Origin: an uncultured Armatimonadetes bacterium | Lineage (GTDB): Bacteria > Armatimonadota > UBA5829 | DNA: 64,000 nt | Reading direction: 5' to 3' | NCBI GenBank assembly: GCA_963711155.1 | Contig: CAVQDB010000003.1 | Span: forward strand, 97,358-161,357 | Shown: piece by piece, positions 30,331 to 42,330 of the stretch | Layout of the letters: every line of letters begins with the position of its first letter | Numbering within the stretch: position 1 is the first letter of the stretch | Position numbers and translations under genes: made by a program | The notes under the pieces: model-generated | The model's input: the letters and a program-made list of their open reading frames with translations, nothing else | The model's database searches: none | Told to the model about the DNA's origin: nothing

Positions 30331-32948
30331 CGTTCTATCGTCACCTCATACCACAGCGTCTTCCATTGCGGCCCAAGGTCGATTCCCAGCCTGCCCGACT
30401 CGACATCGCACGCGACCTGCCGCGCGCGTCCACCGCCGCCGTCGAGCGCATACACCGCCGCCCGCTTCGCCTTCGCATCGAGCGCAATCTTCGCCTCGAT
30501 CCCTTCGGCAATGACCGGCGCCCCACCCCACTTGTCGCCGACGCTGGTCCTATCCGCGTTCCAACCCATCCCGGTATTCTCCACGCGCCCCACTGCCGAG
30601 ATCAGCAGATGATCGGACTTCTCCAGCGCCTTCCCATCAAGGGCAATGACCGTGATCGCCGCGAACCTGCCCGAATCGCCGCCCGGCTCGATCGTCAAGC
30701 TCCCCAACTTCAGATTCCGCCCCGAGGCAAACCCAATCACGCCTCTCGAAGCCGCCGAGTTGATAACAAACGCCGCGTCCTTCTCTTGCCCTTCTCGCAC
30801 TCCCAGACCACGTCCGGGATCGATGTCGCCGGCGTGCGTTTCACCACCGCCTTCTCGCCTTTATCAACGAACCGCATCGCCACCCTGGCATTCATCGCCT
30901 CGGTTCGGGTGAACCCGCACGCCTCCCATGCGCGGGGATACTCGTCGCCGTGATCTCGCAGGTCAGCAGCGATCAGCGCCGAGGGGAACTCCATCACGGT
31001 GGACGCCGACAGCGGCGCGACGTCGCCGCGTCGGAATATCGCCGCCGCCGCGGGCATCAGCATGATCTTCGCCGGGTGCGAATCGATGTCGAAGTAGTTG
31101 GCGATATGGTCCCTGTCCAGATCATCGACGCTGTAGTGATAGTCGAAGATGAAGATGCCGTCCCAGTCCTGCAGCGCGGCGAACGCGGCGGCCATCGGCA
31201 TGCACTCCGCGGAGTAGTCATTCGGCGCGGAATGGTTGTACTCGGTAACGGTATACGGCTTGCCCGCCACCCGGCACATGGCCAGACGCGTGAGCGTATC
31301 GGTTCCCAGCGCCCCGACCATGGGCGCGTTCGCGATCCTCCAGTTTGTCAGGTCCCACTGCTTGCCCGCGAAGCTCGGATGCTCCCAGTACCCGTGAATG
31401 TCGCAGAAATCCAGCAGGGACTCGCGATACACGCCGCCGATCCCGCCAAACTGCGTCTGCGTATCCATAACCAGCGCCTTCGCCCCAAGCGCATTCTTGA
31501 CGTAGTCGCGCATGCCAAGCGCGTAGTTCCGCTCCGTCTCCGCCGCGAACTCCAGGAAATCGGTGCGCTGTGGCGCGGTGTGCAGATCGCCTGGCAAAGC
31601 GATATTGCCGTCCTCGAGGCTCGCGGAATCCGGCAATCCCGGTCCTCCACCCGACCGAAGCTCGACATCCGCGATCCAGACGTCGCCCACGAAGTTCTGC
31701 AGGTTGAAGCTCACCCGCGTGTGGTCCTTCTCCGGCTGCGTGGCGACGAAGCTGTATTCATAGCTCTGCCACGCCGGCTTCAGCTCGATATACTTACTCA
31801 GCCCGACCGACCGCCACGGGTTCTTGTCCATCACCACCTGGATGACCACCTTCCGAGGCTGGTTCGCCCGCGCCCGGAACCGCAGGATGTAGGGCTTGCC
31901 CTCGACGAGATCGAGCCCGATCTGATGGACCTGGAAATCCCACCTATGGCTTCCTTCGTGCGTCAGCGCGGCGTGCATGCATTTCACGCCCGGTTCCGGC
32001 CCGTCGCCCTCCACCTTGATCGAGGCCTTCGCCGGACTCGGCGCTTCCAACAGCCAACGATCCGTCCCCGAGGCGAAGTCCGAGTTCGTCAGGATATTGT
32101 CGCCGATCGGCTCCGACCCGCCTCCCCACGCCTTCCGCAGCTCGGCCGTCGATGAGTAGCGCTTCCGGAGCCAGTCGTTCCACATCCCGCGCAACTGCGA
32201 GAGGTAGTAGCTCCGGCAGCGTGTCGATCGTGCCATCGATGCAGTATTCCAGCAGGCTGTTCTCATTGTTGATCTCGATAATCGCGACCGCCGGCTCGTC
32301 GGCGTAGCGCGTCTTGGTATAGGGGTTGAGATGCGTCAGCAGTTCGCGCGCGTAGACCTTCTGCAGCTCGATCATCCTCGGCTCGAAGTTGTCCACGCCC
32401 TTGCAGTACTTGGTGAGCTTGTCCGCGTCCGGAAAGCCGTCGGCCTTCGTGAACTGCCGCGAGACGTGCAGGTTCATATCGACGTAGATCCCGTGCTTCT
32501 TCAACTGGGCTATGAAGTAGTCCAGCTTGTCTAGCTGGCCCGCGTCCATGTGCTGGTAATCCTTGTAGGCCGGGTCCCATATCCCCATGGGCGCGCGAAG
32601 CCCATCCATGTGGTGAAGCCGGACGCAGTTGAACCCCAGCTTCGCCAGCCTTGCCGCGAGCACATCGGCCTCGGCGTGTGTGGGAAACGCGGTGGCGTAG
32701 CACACGTTGACGCCCAGGAATCGGACGCGCTTGCCCGCGCCATCCGCGAAGTGGCCGTCCTTCACCTGCACAAACCCGCTCTTGCCCGCGGGGCAATCGT
32801 TCATCCACGACATATCGGTGGCGTCGTCATTGACATCGAGCGTCTGCACCGAAAACGGAAACATCTCGCCCTCGGCCCCGCCCGCGGCCCCCGCCGCACT
32901 CAGCACCACCACGGCGACCGCCACGATCCACAACTCCAGACCCCTCAT
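30327..32948 (-). CDS. GH5-like glycosidase with CBM, paralog 2; frameshifts near 32230 and 30790
   Basis: Three collinear ORFs (31944..32948, 30737..32266, 30327..30800) are about 70% identical to paralog 1. The stop overlaps the paralog-1 start (ATGA). Confidence 0.55.
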
Positions 32949-33099
32949 GCATAATCCTCCTCGATTATCTGGCCCTCATTCATGAACTGCGACGCCGGCC
33001 CTTCCGTTACCTCCTGCGAGCCGCGTCGAAGGAACGCCCGATGCACGTGGCGAAGAGGTCAAGGTCGCCTGTCCGTCGGCTCGCAGGCAAGGAGCAGGA

Positions 33100-33940
33100 A
33101 TGAGACACTTGATCGGAATAGCCACTTGGAACTACGGCGAGGGCACGCTCGCCCAGCGCATCGACCGCTTCACGGAGATGGGCTACAACGCGGTCAGCTT
33201 GAGCGCCGCGGACGCCCGCGCGATGTGCAAGGGCGAGACCCCCGAGGTCGAGGCCGCGATCCGCCGGCACAACCTCCCCATCACCATCCACACCGGCTTT
33301 GCGCCCCAGCGCGAACCATTGCCGCACGACGCGGTCCTCGCCGATTTCGCGCTCTTCGCCCAATGGCACAAGCGCACCGGCGCGCTGCTGAGCATCAACT
33401 ACGACGCCGCCAAGATCGAGAAGCCGGGCGGCGGGATGGAGTTCCAGTCCGCGGCGATGGTCCGCGTGCTCGGCGATATGCTCGCCATGTCCCGGGGGGG
33501 CCGACTTCAGCGTCGGCGTCGAGGACTGGCCGCGGGACGCGGAGCAGGCGGCACTCATCGATCATCTTCGCCGCTACGAGCACTACGGCGTGCTCATCGA
33601 CCTCGGCCACCTCAACATACGGATACCCAAACCGGCCGGCGAGAGCACCTTCTCCATCGACGCGGCCCGCGAGTATCTCGACCGCTTCGACCTGCCCGTC
33701 AACGAGCTTCACGTCCACAATAACGACGGCAGGGCCGACCTGCACGCCCCACCGACCACAGGCACCGCCGATATGGCCGCCATAGCCAGGCTGCTGATCG
33801 AGAAAGGCGTCAACTGCGTATCGACCATCGAGATCGTGCCGCGCTGGTGCGGCCTCACCGAACAGCAGGGACTCGACGCCGCCCGCGAAGCCCTCGACTT
33901 CTGGCACAACGCATTCGTGGATCCGCGAAGTCCTGAGTAG
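33100..33940 (+). CDS. sugar phosphate isomerase/epimerase (xylose-isomerase-like TIM barrel); frameshift near 33500
   Basis: Two collinear ORFs, 33100..33723 and 33590..33940. The stop codon lies inside the first CCTGAGTAG repeat unit. Confidence 0.5.
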
Positions 33941-34375
33941 CGGAGCGTATCGAAGGAAGTAGCGCAGCGTATCGAAGGGCGAAACCCGCGAAGTCCTGAG
34001 TAGCGCAGCGTATCGAAGGAAGTAGCGCAGCGTATCGAAGGACGAAACCCGCGAAGTCCTGAGTAGCGCAGCGTATCGAAGGACGAAACCCGCGAAGTCC
34101 TGAGTAGCGCAGCGTATCGAAGGGCGAAACCCGCGAAGTCCTGAGTAGCGCAGCGTATCGAAGGGCGAAACCCGCGAAGTCCTGAGTAGCGCAGCGTATC
34201 GAAGGGCGAAACCCGCGAAGTCCTGAGTAGCGCAGCGTATCGAAGGGCGAAACCCGCGAAGTCCTGAGTAGCGCAGCGTATCGAAGGGCGAAACCCGCGA
34301 AGTCCTGAGTAGCGCAGCGTATCGAAGGGCGAAACCCGCGAAGTCCTGAGTAGCGCAGCGTATCGAAGGACGTCA
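33925..34375. repeat. 41-bp tandem array of about 10.5 copies: CCCGCGAAGTCCTGAGTAGCGCAGCGTATCGAAGG(G/A)CGAAA
   Basis: Exact 41-bp period measured at 34089, 34130 and 34171. The units are near-identical with no spacers. The unit is a GTAG-type REP-like sequence. Confidence 0.85.
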
Positions 34376-35061
34376 CTTCACCGCGCTTGGGTCCCAGAGC
34401 TTCCTGTCGTAGGCGATCTTACTGTAGATCATCCATCCGGCATGCCCGTCGCACCACGCCACATTCGCGCCTCCATTGTGGCAGTCGGAGACCTGGTAGG
34501 TCTTGTCGGGGTCGCTGCTGACCAGGTTATACGGGCACACGAGGTCGCTGTAGATGTAGGGCCCATACGGTCCCTCGGGCTCACCGCCCATTATCCTGCG
34601 GCCGCGCGCGTCAGTCAGAAACACGGTCCTGGAGGGCGTCTTGATCTCGCTCGCCATTATGCCGTTATACCCGGGCTGGCCGGCATAAGGGCTGCCGAGG
34701 TAGTAGTAGTTGAGGCCGTAGCCAAGGGTACCTGACACGAGAATGTCCCCTTGGGCCGCGACGGGCAGATGAACACGTTCTTGTTCCTCACGTAGACCTG
34801 GATGTTCTCCATCCAATAGACCCAATCGGGGGCCAGGCGCCCCGTCGGGATATTCTGTGCGTATGGGGTAAAGCGGCCGTGGTGGTCATCGCAGTAGCGC
34901 GTGAATGCCAGAGCCAACTGGCGCACGTTGCTCAGGCAGGCCGCCTGCTTGGCTCGGGCTTGCGCGTTCACAAAGACAGGAAACAATATCGCCGCGAGAA
35001 TGGCGATGATGGCAATAACTACCAGCAGCTCTATGAGAGTAAAGCCGCCCCGTTTGTTCAA
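34373..35061 (-). CDS. DUF1559 (H-X9-DG) prepilin-type N-terminal cleavage/methylation domain protein; frameshift near 34760
   Basis: The N-terminus is GFTLIELLVVIAIIAILAAILFPVF. The C-terminus has SDCHNGGANVAWCDGH. Confidence 0.65.
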
Positions 35062-35179
35062 CCCGCACCCCCTCGTGCTCTGTCACTTCTGCTGGCAGTA
35101 TAGCTTGCAAGTGGCGTGGTGTCAACGAAGCGTGGGGCGGTGTGCTATAATAACCCATAGACCACACCGGAGGTAGACC

Positions 35180-35785
35180 ATGTCGTTTCTGTCGTACGTT
35201 TTGATCGGAGTCGCGCTCGCCGGTTCGGTCCTGGCCGCAGAGACTCCCAAGGATACCAAAGACACGAAGCCCGAGCTGGGCCGGACAGTCATCATCGAGA
35301 CCAACAAGGGCACGATCAAGTTCGGCCTCTATGAGAAAGACGCGCCCATCACCACCGCCAACTTTGTCCAACTTGTCGAGCGAGAGTTCTACGACGGGGT
35401 CAAGTTCCACCGCGTGATCCCCGGCTTCGTAGCCCAGGGCGGGGACCCCACCGGAACCGGCCGTGGCGGTTCCGAGCACGCGATCAAGCTGGAAGTGTCG
35501 CCGAAGCTCAAGCACGACGCAACGGGAGTCGTCGCGATGGCGCGCAAGCCTGATCCCGACATCAACAGCGCTACGTCCCAGTTCTACATCACCCTCGCCC
35601 CGCTGCCCGGGCTCGACATGGGTTACGCCGTCTTCGGCCGGGTAACCGAGGGGCTGGACGTGGTCAAAAAGCTTGAGGTCGGCGACGTAATGAAGACCGT
35701 CCGCATCCAGTCCGAACCGAAGCCCGAACCGGCCAAAGAAAGCCCCAAGGAAGACGCGTCGAAACAACCACCCGCAAAGCCCTGA
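35180..35785 (+). CDS. ppiB: secreted cyclophilin-type peptidyl-prolyl cis-trans isomerase
   Basis: [22 protein letters not shown]; signal peptide; RBS ggaggt. Confidence 0.85.
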   Translation: MSFLSYVLIGVALAGSVLAAETPKDTKDTKPELGRTVIIETNKGTIKFGLYEKDAPITTANFVQLVEREFYDGVKFHRVIPGFVAQGGDPTGTGRGGSEHAIKLEVSPKLKHDATGVVAMARKPDPDINSATSQFYITLAPLPGLDMGYAVFGRVTEGLDVVKKLEVGDVMKTVRIQSEPKPEPAKESPKEDASKQPPAKP

Positions 35786-35904
35786 GCAGGCGGGAACTGA
35801 CCGCCGTATCGAAGAGCCCAAGGTGCAAGGTGTCTCGGGAGTTGAGCGCAGCGGAAATCCCGAAACATCGGCAGCGCTGCCGTTCGGAAGACCGGCAACA
35901 AAGA

Positions 35905-35941
35905 ATCGGGACACATCCGGCTAGACCGGATGTGTCCCGAT
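35905..35941. terminator. bidirectional hairpin terminator between the convergent ppiB gene and the adhesin gene
   Basis: atcgggacacatccgg ctaga ccggatgtgtcccgat. Confidence 0.6.
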
Positions 35942-35966
35942 GTCTTAGTCATCGTGCGTCAGATAT

Positions 35967-38900
35967 CTAGAAGCTGAAGCTGACGCCTACGTTCGTCGTG
36001 GTATGGTCCTTAGCAAAACCCACACCAGCAGCCACAGATACGCTGCTCTCCGGTATATTGGCCTTTATTCCCAGCGCAATTGCGCTCTCTGAGTTGTAGT
36101 TGCCAAAGCCCAGACCCACGGAAGTGTTCTTTCCGGGGATAGGGTTCGGAATGGCAGCCAACGCCGCGATAGAGGCAATGCCTGAACTGAGAGAACTCTC
36201 CAGCCCATCGAGCTGGCTCTTGTTCACCGCGTCGTAAGCCGCGACACCGTTGGCTACGCCGGTAACTGTCGCCGGACCGCCCGTAACTGTGTTCCCGAAT
36301 TCAGCTCCGGCATTAGTGAGGGTCAGCGTTGTGGAGTTGGTTCCGCCGGACAGGATTGTCCGGTTCTGATTGATATAGAGACCGTGGTCCGCACCGCCAA
36401 CGGCATCGACCGTGAAACTGGCCGCCGTCCCGGCATTGTTGATCGTCAGGCCGGCATTGGCATTGCTCAGATCGATTCCGCCGGCGGTGTCAACGAAGAG
36501 CCCGGCGCCTGCATTGCCGGCGAACACGCCGGCGTCGCTCACGTCGAGGGTCTGCGTGCCATCGGCACTGACAAACCGCGAACTCGCCGCGTCAATGACC
36601 ATAGAGTTGCCTACCCCGGCGCCCGAGAAGACGGACGCACCGTTGTAGGCAGCAATCCCCGCCGCAGGCAGGGCAGCGCCGCCGACCGCAAGGACGGTCG
36701 TGTCAACGGAAGCAACGCCGCTCAGCGCGCCGGCATTGAGAGTGGCAACACCGTCGGTGATCGTTCCACCAGTAACGGTGCCGGCCGCAGTGATGTCGTT
36801 GGCGCCGGTCAGATCGCCACCAGTCAGAGTGGCTGTGCCGTCGGTAATCGTTCCACCGGTCACGGTACCGGCCGCAGTGATGTCGTTGGCGCCGGTCAGA
36901 TCGCCGCCAGTCAGAGTAGCCGTCCCGTCGGTCAAAGATCCGCCGGTGATCACGCCACTGGCGTTGATCGTGGTCGCGCCGGCAATAGCGCCGCCATTGA
37001 TCGTGGCGATACCGTCGGTGAGCGTATTACCGGTAACGGTTCCCCCTGCAGTGATGTTATTGGCGCCGGTCAGATCGCCACCAGTCAGAGTGGCCGTGCC
37101 GTCGGTGATCGTTCCACCGGTCACGGTGCCGGCTGCAGTGATGTCATCGGCGCCGGTCAGATCGCCGCCAGTCAGAGTGGCTGTGCCGTCGGTGATCGTT
37201 CCACCGGTCACGGTGCCGGCTGCGGTGATGTTGTTGGCGCCGGTCAGGTTTCCACCGTTCAGGGTGGCCGTGCCGTCGCTCAGGGATCCGCCGGTGATCA
37301 CGCCAGTGGCATCGATCGTGGTGGCGCCGGCTATAGCGCCGCCATTGATCGTGGCGATACCGTCGGTGAGCGTTCCACCGGTGATCACGCCAGTGGCAGT
37401 GACGGTTGTGCCGTTGAGATTGCCAGTGACATCGCCGGTGAGGTTGCCCGTGACATCGCCAGTGACATCGCCAGTCAGTACGCCACCCGTCAGAGTGGCG
37501 GTGCCGTCGGTGATCGTTCCACCGGTGATCACGCCAGTGGCAGTGACGGTTGTGCCGTTGAGATTGCCAGTGACATCGCCGGTGAGGTTGCCCGTGACAT
37601 CGCCAGTGACATCGCCAGTCAGTACGCCACCCGTCAGAGTGGCGGTGCCGTCGGTGATCGTTCCACCGGTGATCACGCCACTGGCAGTGACGGTTGTGCC
37701 ATTCAGATTGCCAGTGACATCGCCGGTGAGATTGCCAGTGACATCGCCAGTCAGTACGCCACCCGTCAGAGTGGCGGTGCCGTCTGTGAGCGTTCCACCG
37801 GTGATCACGCCAGTGGCGGTGACGGTTGTGCCGTTCACATTGCCGGTGAGATTGCCAGTGACATCGCCAGTCAGTACGCCACCCGTCAGAGTGGCGGTGC
37901 CGTCTGTGAGCGTTCCACCGGTGATCACGCCAGTGGCGGTGACGGTTGTGCCGTTCACATTGCCGGTGACATCGCCGGTGAGATTGCCAGTGACATCGCC
38001 AGTCAGTACGCCACCCGTCAGAGTGGCGGTGCCGTCTGTGAGCGTTCCACCGGTGATCACGCCAGTGGCGGTGACGGTTGTGCCGTTCACATTGCCGGTC
38101 AGGTTGCCGGTGACATTGCCCGTGACATTGCCCGTGACATCGCCAGTGACATCACCAGTCAGGTACACCACCCGTCAGAGTGGCGGTGCCGTCGGTGATG
38201 GTCCCACCGGTGACTGTGCCAGTGGCGGTAACGGTTGTGCCGTTCACATTGCCGGTCAGGTTGCCGGTGACATTGCCCGTGACATCGCCAGTGACATCAC
38301 CAGTCAGGTACACCACCCGTCAGAGTGGCGGTGCCGTCGGTGATAGTCCCACCAGTGACTGTGCCAGTGGCGGTGACGGTTGTGCCACTGAGGTTGCCCG
38401 TGACATTGCCGGTGAGGTTGCCCGTGACATCGCCAGTGACATCACCAGTCAGCACACCACCCGTCAGAGTGGCAGTGCCGTCGGTGATGGTCCCACCGGT
38501 GACTGTGCCAGTGGCGGTAACGGTTGTGCCGTTCACATTGCCGGTCAGGTTGCCGGTGACATTGCCCGTGACATCGCCAGTGACATCACCAGTCAGCACA
38601 CCGCCCGTCAGCGTGGCCGTCCCGTCGGTGATGCTTCCGCCGGTGATCGCGCCAGTGGCAGTCACGGTCGTGCCGTTCACGTTGCCGGTTAGGTCACCCG
38701 TGAGATCGCCGGTGAAGCCTGTAGCCGTGATCGAGCCGGTCGAAGTGGTATCGCCGATTATGCTGATCGTGCCACCACCGCCGACGTTGGCGTCAAGCGT
38801 GATGCCCACGGTTCCACTGGTGGCTACAGGATTGACGCCACTCGCATCGAGGTCCTGTGCGCCCAGACCGTCGTCAACGTTGATAGCCTGCGCCAGTACC

Positions 38901-38992
38901 GCTGGCTGGACCAGCACCGCGAGGCAGGCCAGAGCGATCAGGACATGAAACACTCGCCTTTTCAGAATCTCCATTTCTGTCTCCTTTGTCAT
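35967..38992 (-). CDS. trimeric autotransporter adhesin (type Vc) with a YadA-like C-terminal anchor and a long TG(D/N)VTG / TATGVITGGTLTDGTATLTGG repeat stalk; two 1-bp frame changes near 38165 and 38295
   Basis: Signal peptide in the 38297..38992 ORF. The C-terminus VNKSQLDGLESS..SIAALAAIPNPIP..SVGLGFGNYNSESAIALG..NVGVSFSF matches the YadA anchor consensus. The long + strand ORFs here are antisense artefacts of the repeats. Confidence 0.7.
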
Positions 38993-39153
38993 AAGTCGTA
39001 GCAGTTGCGCTCGCCCAAGTGCTCTTCCCTCTGCCGCGCCCCGCTACACGGGCACGGTCGCACTGTCGCCGCTTCCCGTCGGCAGTCTGGCGCGACAGCG
39101 CCGCAAACCCGCAAGATCCATGACCGTTCACCTCCGTGTGGAATGTGTCTTGC

Positions 39154-39809
39154 TTATTGAACCACTTGTTTCTTGATGACCACGCACCCTGACCCGGCAG
39201 GCATCAGGAATATAGTCACCGAACCCCCGTCGAGCATGACGATGTCCTTGCCGAGCACTCCCTTGCGCTTCAGGTTCTTGAGGGCCTTTGTCTCCACGTC
39301 GGAACAGGACATGGCCACATACTCGACCGTATCGTAGACCGCGGCGCACTGGCCGTTTGTGGTTGGGGCAAAGCTGGCGCTGGTGTACCTCGTCGTCTTG
39401 CTGTCCTCCAGGCTCAGAGAGACAGAGAACAGGCTCTGATCCGGCTGCTTCTGCGGCAGGAACAGGTACGCCGAGCTCTTGACGTTCGCGGTCAGAAACG
39501 TCACTACCTGATTGATCCGGCTCACACACGCAAGCACACCCGCCTTCACCACGGCCTCGGTGATCGGGTTGACGTTCGACGCAGCCGGCCGCGCGATAGG
39601 TTTGGGCGCGGGCGCGGGAGCAGGCTGGGACGCCGCCGGAGCGGCCGGAGATGCCGGAGCGGCTGCGGCGGCACCAGGGGCAGGCGGCGGCGGGTTGGGC
39701 TTCGCCTCCTCCGCGCCAAACGCCGGCAGGGCCAGGAGCACGAGACAGACAACCAGAAACGGAATGATGAGGAATCGACCTGAGGATGAAATAGAGTTGC
39801 GCATGAGCA
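39154..39809 (-). CDS. hypothetical membrane-anchored or secreted protein with a Pro/Ala-rich linker, immediately upstream of the adhesin gene
   Basis: MLMRNSISSSGRFLIIPFLVVCLVLLALPAFGA, then a (PA)n linker and an about 130-aa C-terminal domain. No family recognised. Confidence 0.45.
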
Positions 39810-40021
39810 TGTCGTGTGCCTTTCGAGAGATATGACGCGTTGTTGTCTGGTTGCCAGATGACTTATAGACTTCGGGCAGACAACCTCCCAAAGGAGCGGC
39901 AGCGGCCCCGTGAAATTCGCTCCCCATGCGACAAAGCCCGCCCGGCATCGCCGCTTCAGTGCCTAAAGCATAACCCAGCCTGAACAGTATGTCAAGTCGG
40001 AATCTTCGGGTACCGGCAGAA

Positions 40022-41033
40022 TCACCCGCCGCCGCTCGTGGCGGGCAGGGTTACGCCGGTCGCACCAATGGTGAAGATCACCTGGCGGATGGCGGAGTTC
40101 TTGCCCTCTTCGTAGTAGACGCACAATATGCGGCCGTCGGGCAGCTCGGCGAAGCCGGGATACGCCCCAATGCAGGAGTCGAGCTCGACGGGGCCCTTCC
40201 ACGTGGCGCCGTCGTCGAGGCTGTAGTGCAGCGCGGTATTGGGCAGGCGGTGGCCGACGATCAGGATGCCGCCAGAGGTCCGCAGGAAGCAGGCAGCGTG
40301 GCCCTCCCAACCGACCGGCTTCGTGTCCGTCCAGGTGAGGCCGCCGTCGTCGGAGGTGGTCTGGCACATGCACGGCCTGATCAGCGCCAGTATCCGGCCG
40401 GAGGGGAGCTGGATCATATCGGTCTCGTCGTGGGAGTGGCCGCCTGGGTTCGGGAACATGATCCGGGGCCGACCAGGTCGCGCCGTTGTCGGTGGAGCGC
40501 ACGACGCCGGATGCGCGGAAGGGCTGGCCGTCGATGGTCTTGCAGTTGTAGACGCCCAGCAGGAGCGTGCCGTCGCGGAGCTGGCGGACCTTGGCGGACA
40601 TCGCGAACCCCTTGGCGGCCATCACGGGCAGGTTGTCCCAGGTCGCGCCGTTGTCGCGTGAGCGCAGGACGTAGCTGTTCACGTAACCCGATTCCAGCCG
40701 CGTGAAGAAGCTGAGCATCACGGTTCCGTCCGCGAGCTGGGTGATGTGGGGGTCGCGGTCGTCGAGCGGCGTGTCGATCACGATATCGGGTGCGGACCAC
40801 GTCTCGCCATTGTCTTTCGATCGCATCGAGACGACTCGGCCGCCGCGGGGCAGCGCCTCGTTGGGCAGCGCGACGTGGCCGTAGCCGGCGTAGAAGACCG
40901 TGAGCAGGTCGCCGTTTGACAGCCTCGTCACGTCCGGGAAGGCCTGGTAGCCGCCCGCGCCGGCGTCGGCACAGATCACGCGTGGGCCGGCAGGCGCGGC
41001 AGCAATCAGAGCGGCAGCGAGTAGGGTCAGCAT
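40022..41033 (-). CDS. BNR-repeat sialidase-like glycosyl hydrolase; frameshift near 40450
   Basis: Repeated S.DNG.TWS Asp-box motifs (SKDNGETWS, SRDNGATWD, STDNGATWS, DDGGLTWT, DDGATWK). Confidence 0.6.
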
Positions 41034-41494
41034 AGTTCAAACCTCATAGGTGGAATCCTCTGCGGTAGAGTTCGACATCGCGCCGCGCATACCTGCCTGG
41101 CGGAATTAACGCATTTGCACGGTCAGGAAACCGTTTTTCTGCAAAACAGTCTCGTGCTCAATTCGAGCGTGGCCGGAAACTGTTTTGCGGGTCTTTGATT
41201 GGTTGTCCGATGTCCGAGGTTCGAAGTCCGACCGGCGAGCGGCGGCAGGTGTATTGTCTGGATGGATATGGGCATGGCGGCTGCTCCTTTCATGTGTCCA
41301 CTACTATTAGACGACACGTGGGCGGAAATATCAAGGAACGGGGTGTGGTATTTCAGTTAATTGTTGTTCACCTTTAGTGGAGAGGGCAAGCACGGAAGGG
41401 GGATCGCGGAGGCGCGGAGAGGGCGGAGACGCGGAATGCGAGGGAATAGGGAACAGGGAATAGAAGGGAAGGGAGCGAGGCGGCGCTCGGTACC

Positions 41495-42130
41495 TTACCG
41501 CCTTCGGCGTGGGCCGGCGAGCAGTCCGCCGATGCCGCAGAGCAGCGCCAGGATGGGCGCAGGTTCGGGAACGGCGCCGTATTCGACCAGATAGCCGGCC
41601 GATGGCTGCGACATCGGAGTCGTGGCAGGATACGCGTCGTTCCAGCCGGTTGGCGAGTTCGTGTACAGGTGGCAGATGATCTCCAGGTAGTCCTCAGGAT
41701 ACTTGAAGAAGGAGTCGCTGCAGTTGTTCGGCTCAGTGACTGACGAGGAAACGCCCCAGTTCGTGTAGGACCAGGCCTCGCCGGTCACCCATAGCCATCC
41801 GCCCGCGGGCTCCGAGTAGTCGGGAGCCGCTGTGTCCTGATAGCCACCCAGCCACAAGCGAAAGGACTCGGCGTACGATCCCAAGATGTTCTGGCTGATC
41901 CAGGCGTTCTCGTCCGCGGACGTTATGGTCGCCAGGTAGCCCTGCTGTCCCTGCCAGGTGCTTGAAGCAGCGGCATCTCCGGCCTCAGACCAGGCCAGGC
42001 CGGTCGTCTGGACGTACTCATACCAGTGTCCGTTACCACCCAAACCGGCTTCCCACTGGATCGGCGAGGCAATCGCGATCCCGCCCGCTGCAATCAGCAG
42101 GCAGACTGAAAGCATAGCAGTGCAGCGCAT
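41495..42130 (-). CDS. C-type lectin-like domain protein with a PEP-CTERM anchor
   Basis: Signal peptide MRCTAMLSVCLLIAAGG. CTLD-like pattern WYEY..W..A...A...GG.LATITS..EN.WI. The C-terminus is VPEPAPILALLCGIGGLLAGPRRRR. Confidence 0.6.
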   Translation of the reverse strand: MRCTAMLSVCLLIAAGGIAIASPIQWEAGLGGNGHWYEYVQTTGLAWSEAGDAAASSTWQGQQGYLATITSADENAWISQNILGSYAESFRLWLGGYQDTAAPDYSEPAGGWLWVTGEAWSYTNWGVSSSVTEPNNCSDSFFKYPEDYLEIICHLYTNSPTGWNDAYPATTPMSQPSAGYLVEYGAVPEPAPILALLCGIGGLLAGPRRRR

Positions 42131-42330
42131 GTGGTTCTCCTTCGCCCGCTTCGTGGCTTCTTGCTGCAAAATAGCATGAGACCACAGTGTTGTCAAGCCT
42201 TACTCACGGCCCCGGCGACTGAAGTCACCGCAACACAAGGGCACGAAGTCCCCCTCCGGGGACTGGGAAGTGGGTCGGCGGGGGTTGGGGCGGTCGTCCG
42301 GCGCAGAAGCGCGGGACGACCGCAGGAACA

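Noticed and set aside
33925-34375. Possible CRISPR array
   Set aside because: The units are contiguous 41-bp direct repeats with no unique spacers, so this is a tandem repeat, not a repeat-spacer array. I also see no cas genes.
36384-38948. Several long + strand ORFs (604, 547, 207 and 170 aa) across the adhesin repeats
   Set aside because: They are antisense and frame-shifted translations of the TG(D/N)VTG repeat DNA, with periodic low-complexity sequence and no start or RBS context. The minus-strand TAA reading, with its signal peptide and YadA anchor, explains the locus.
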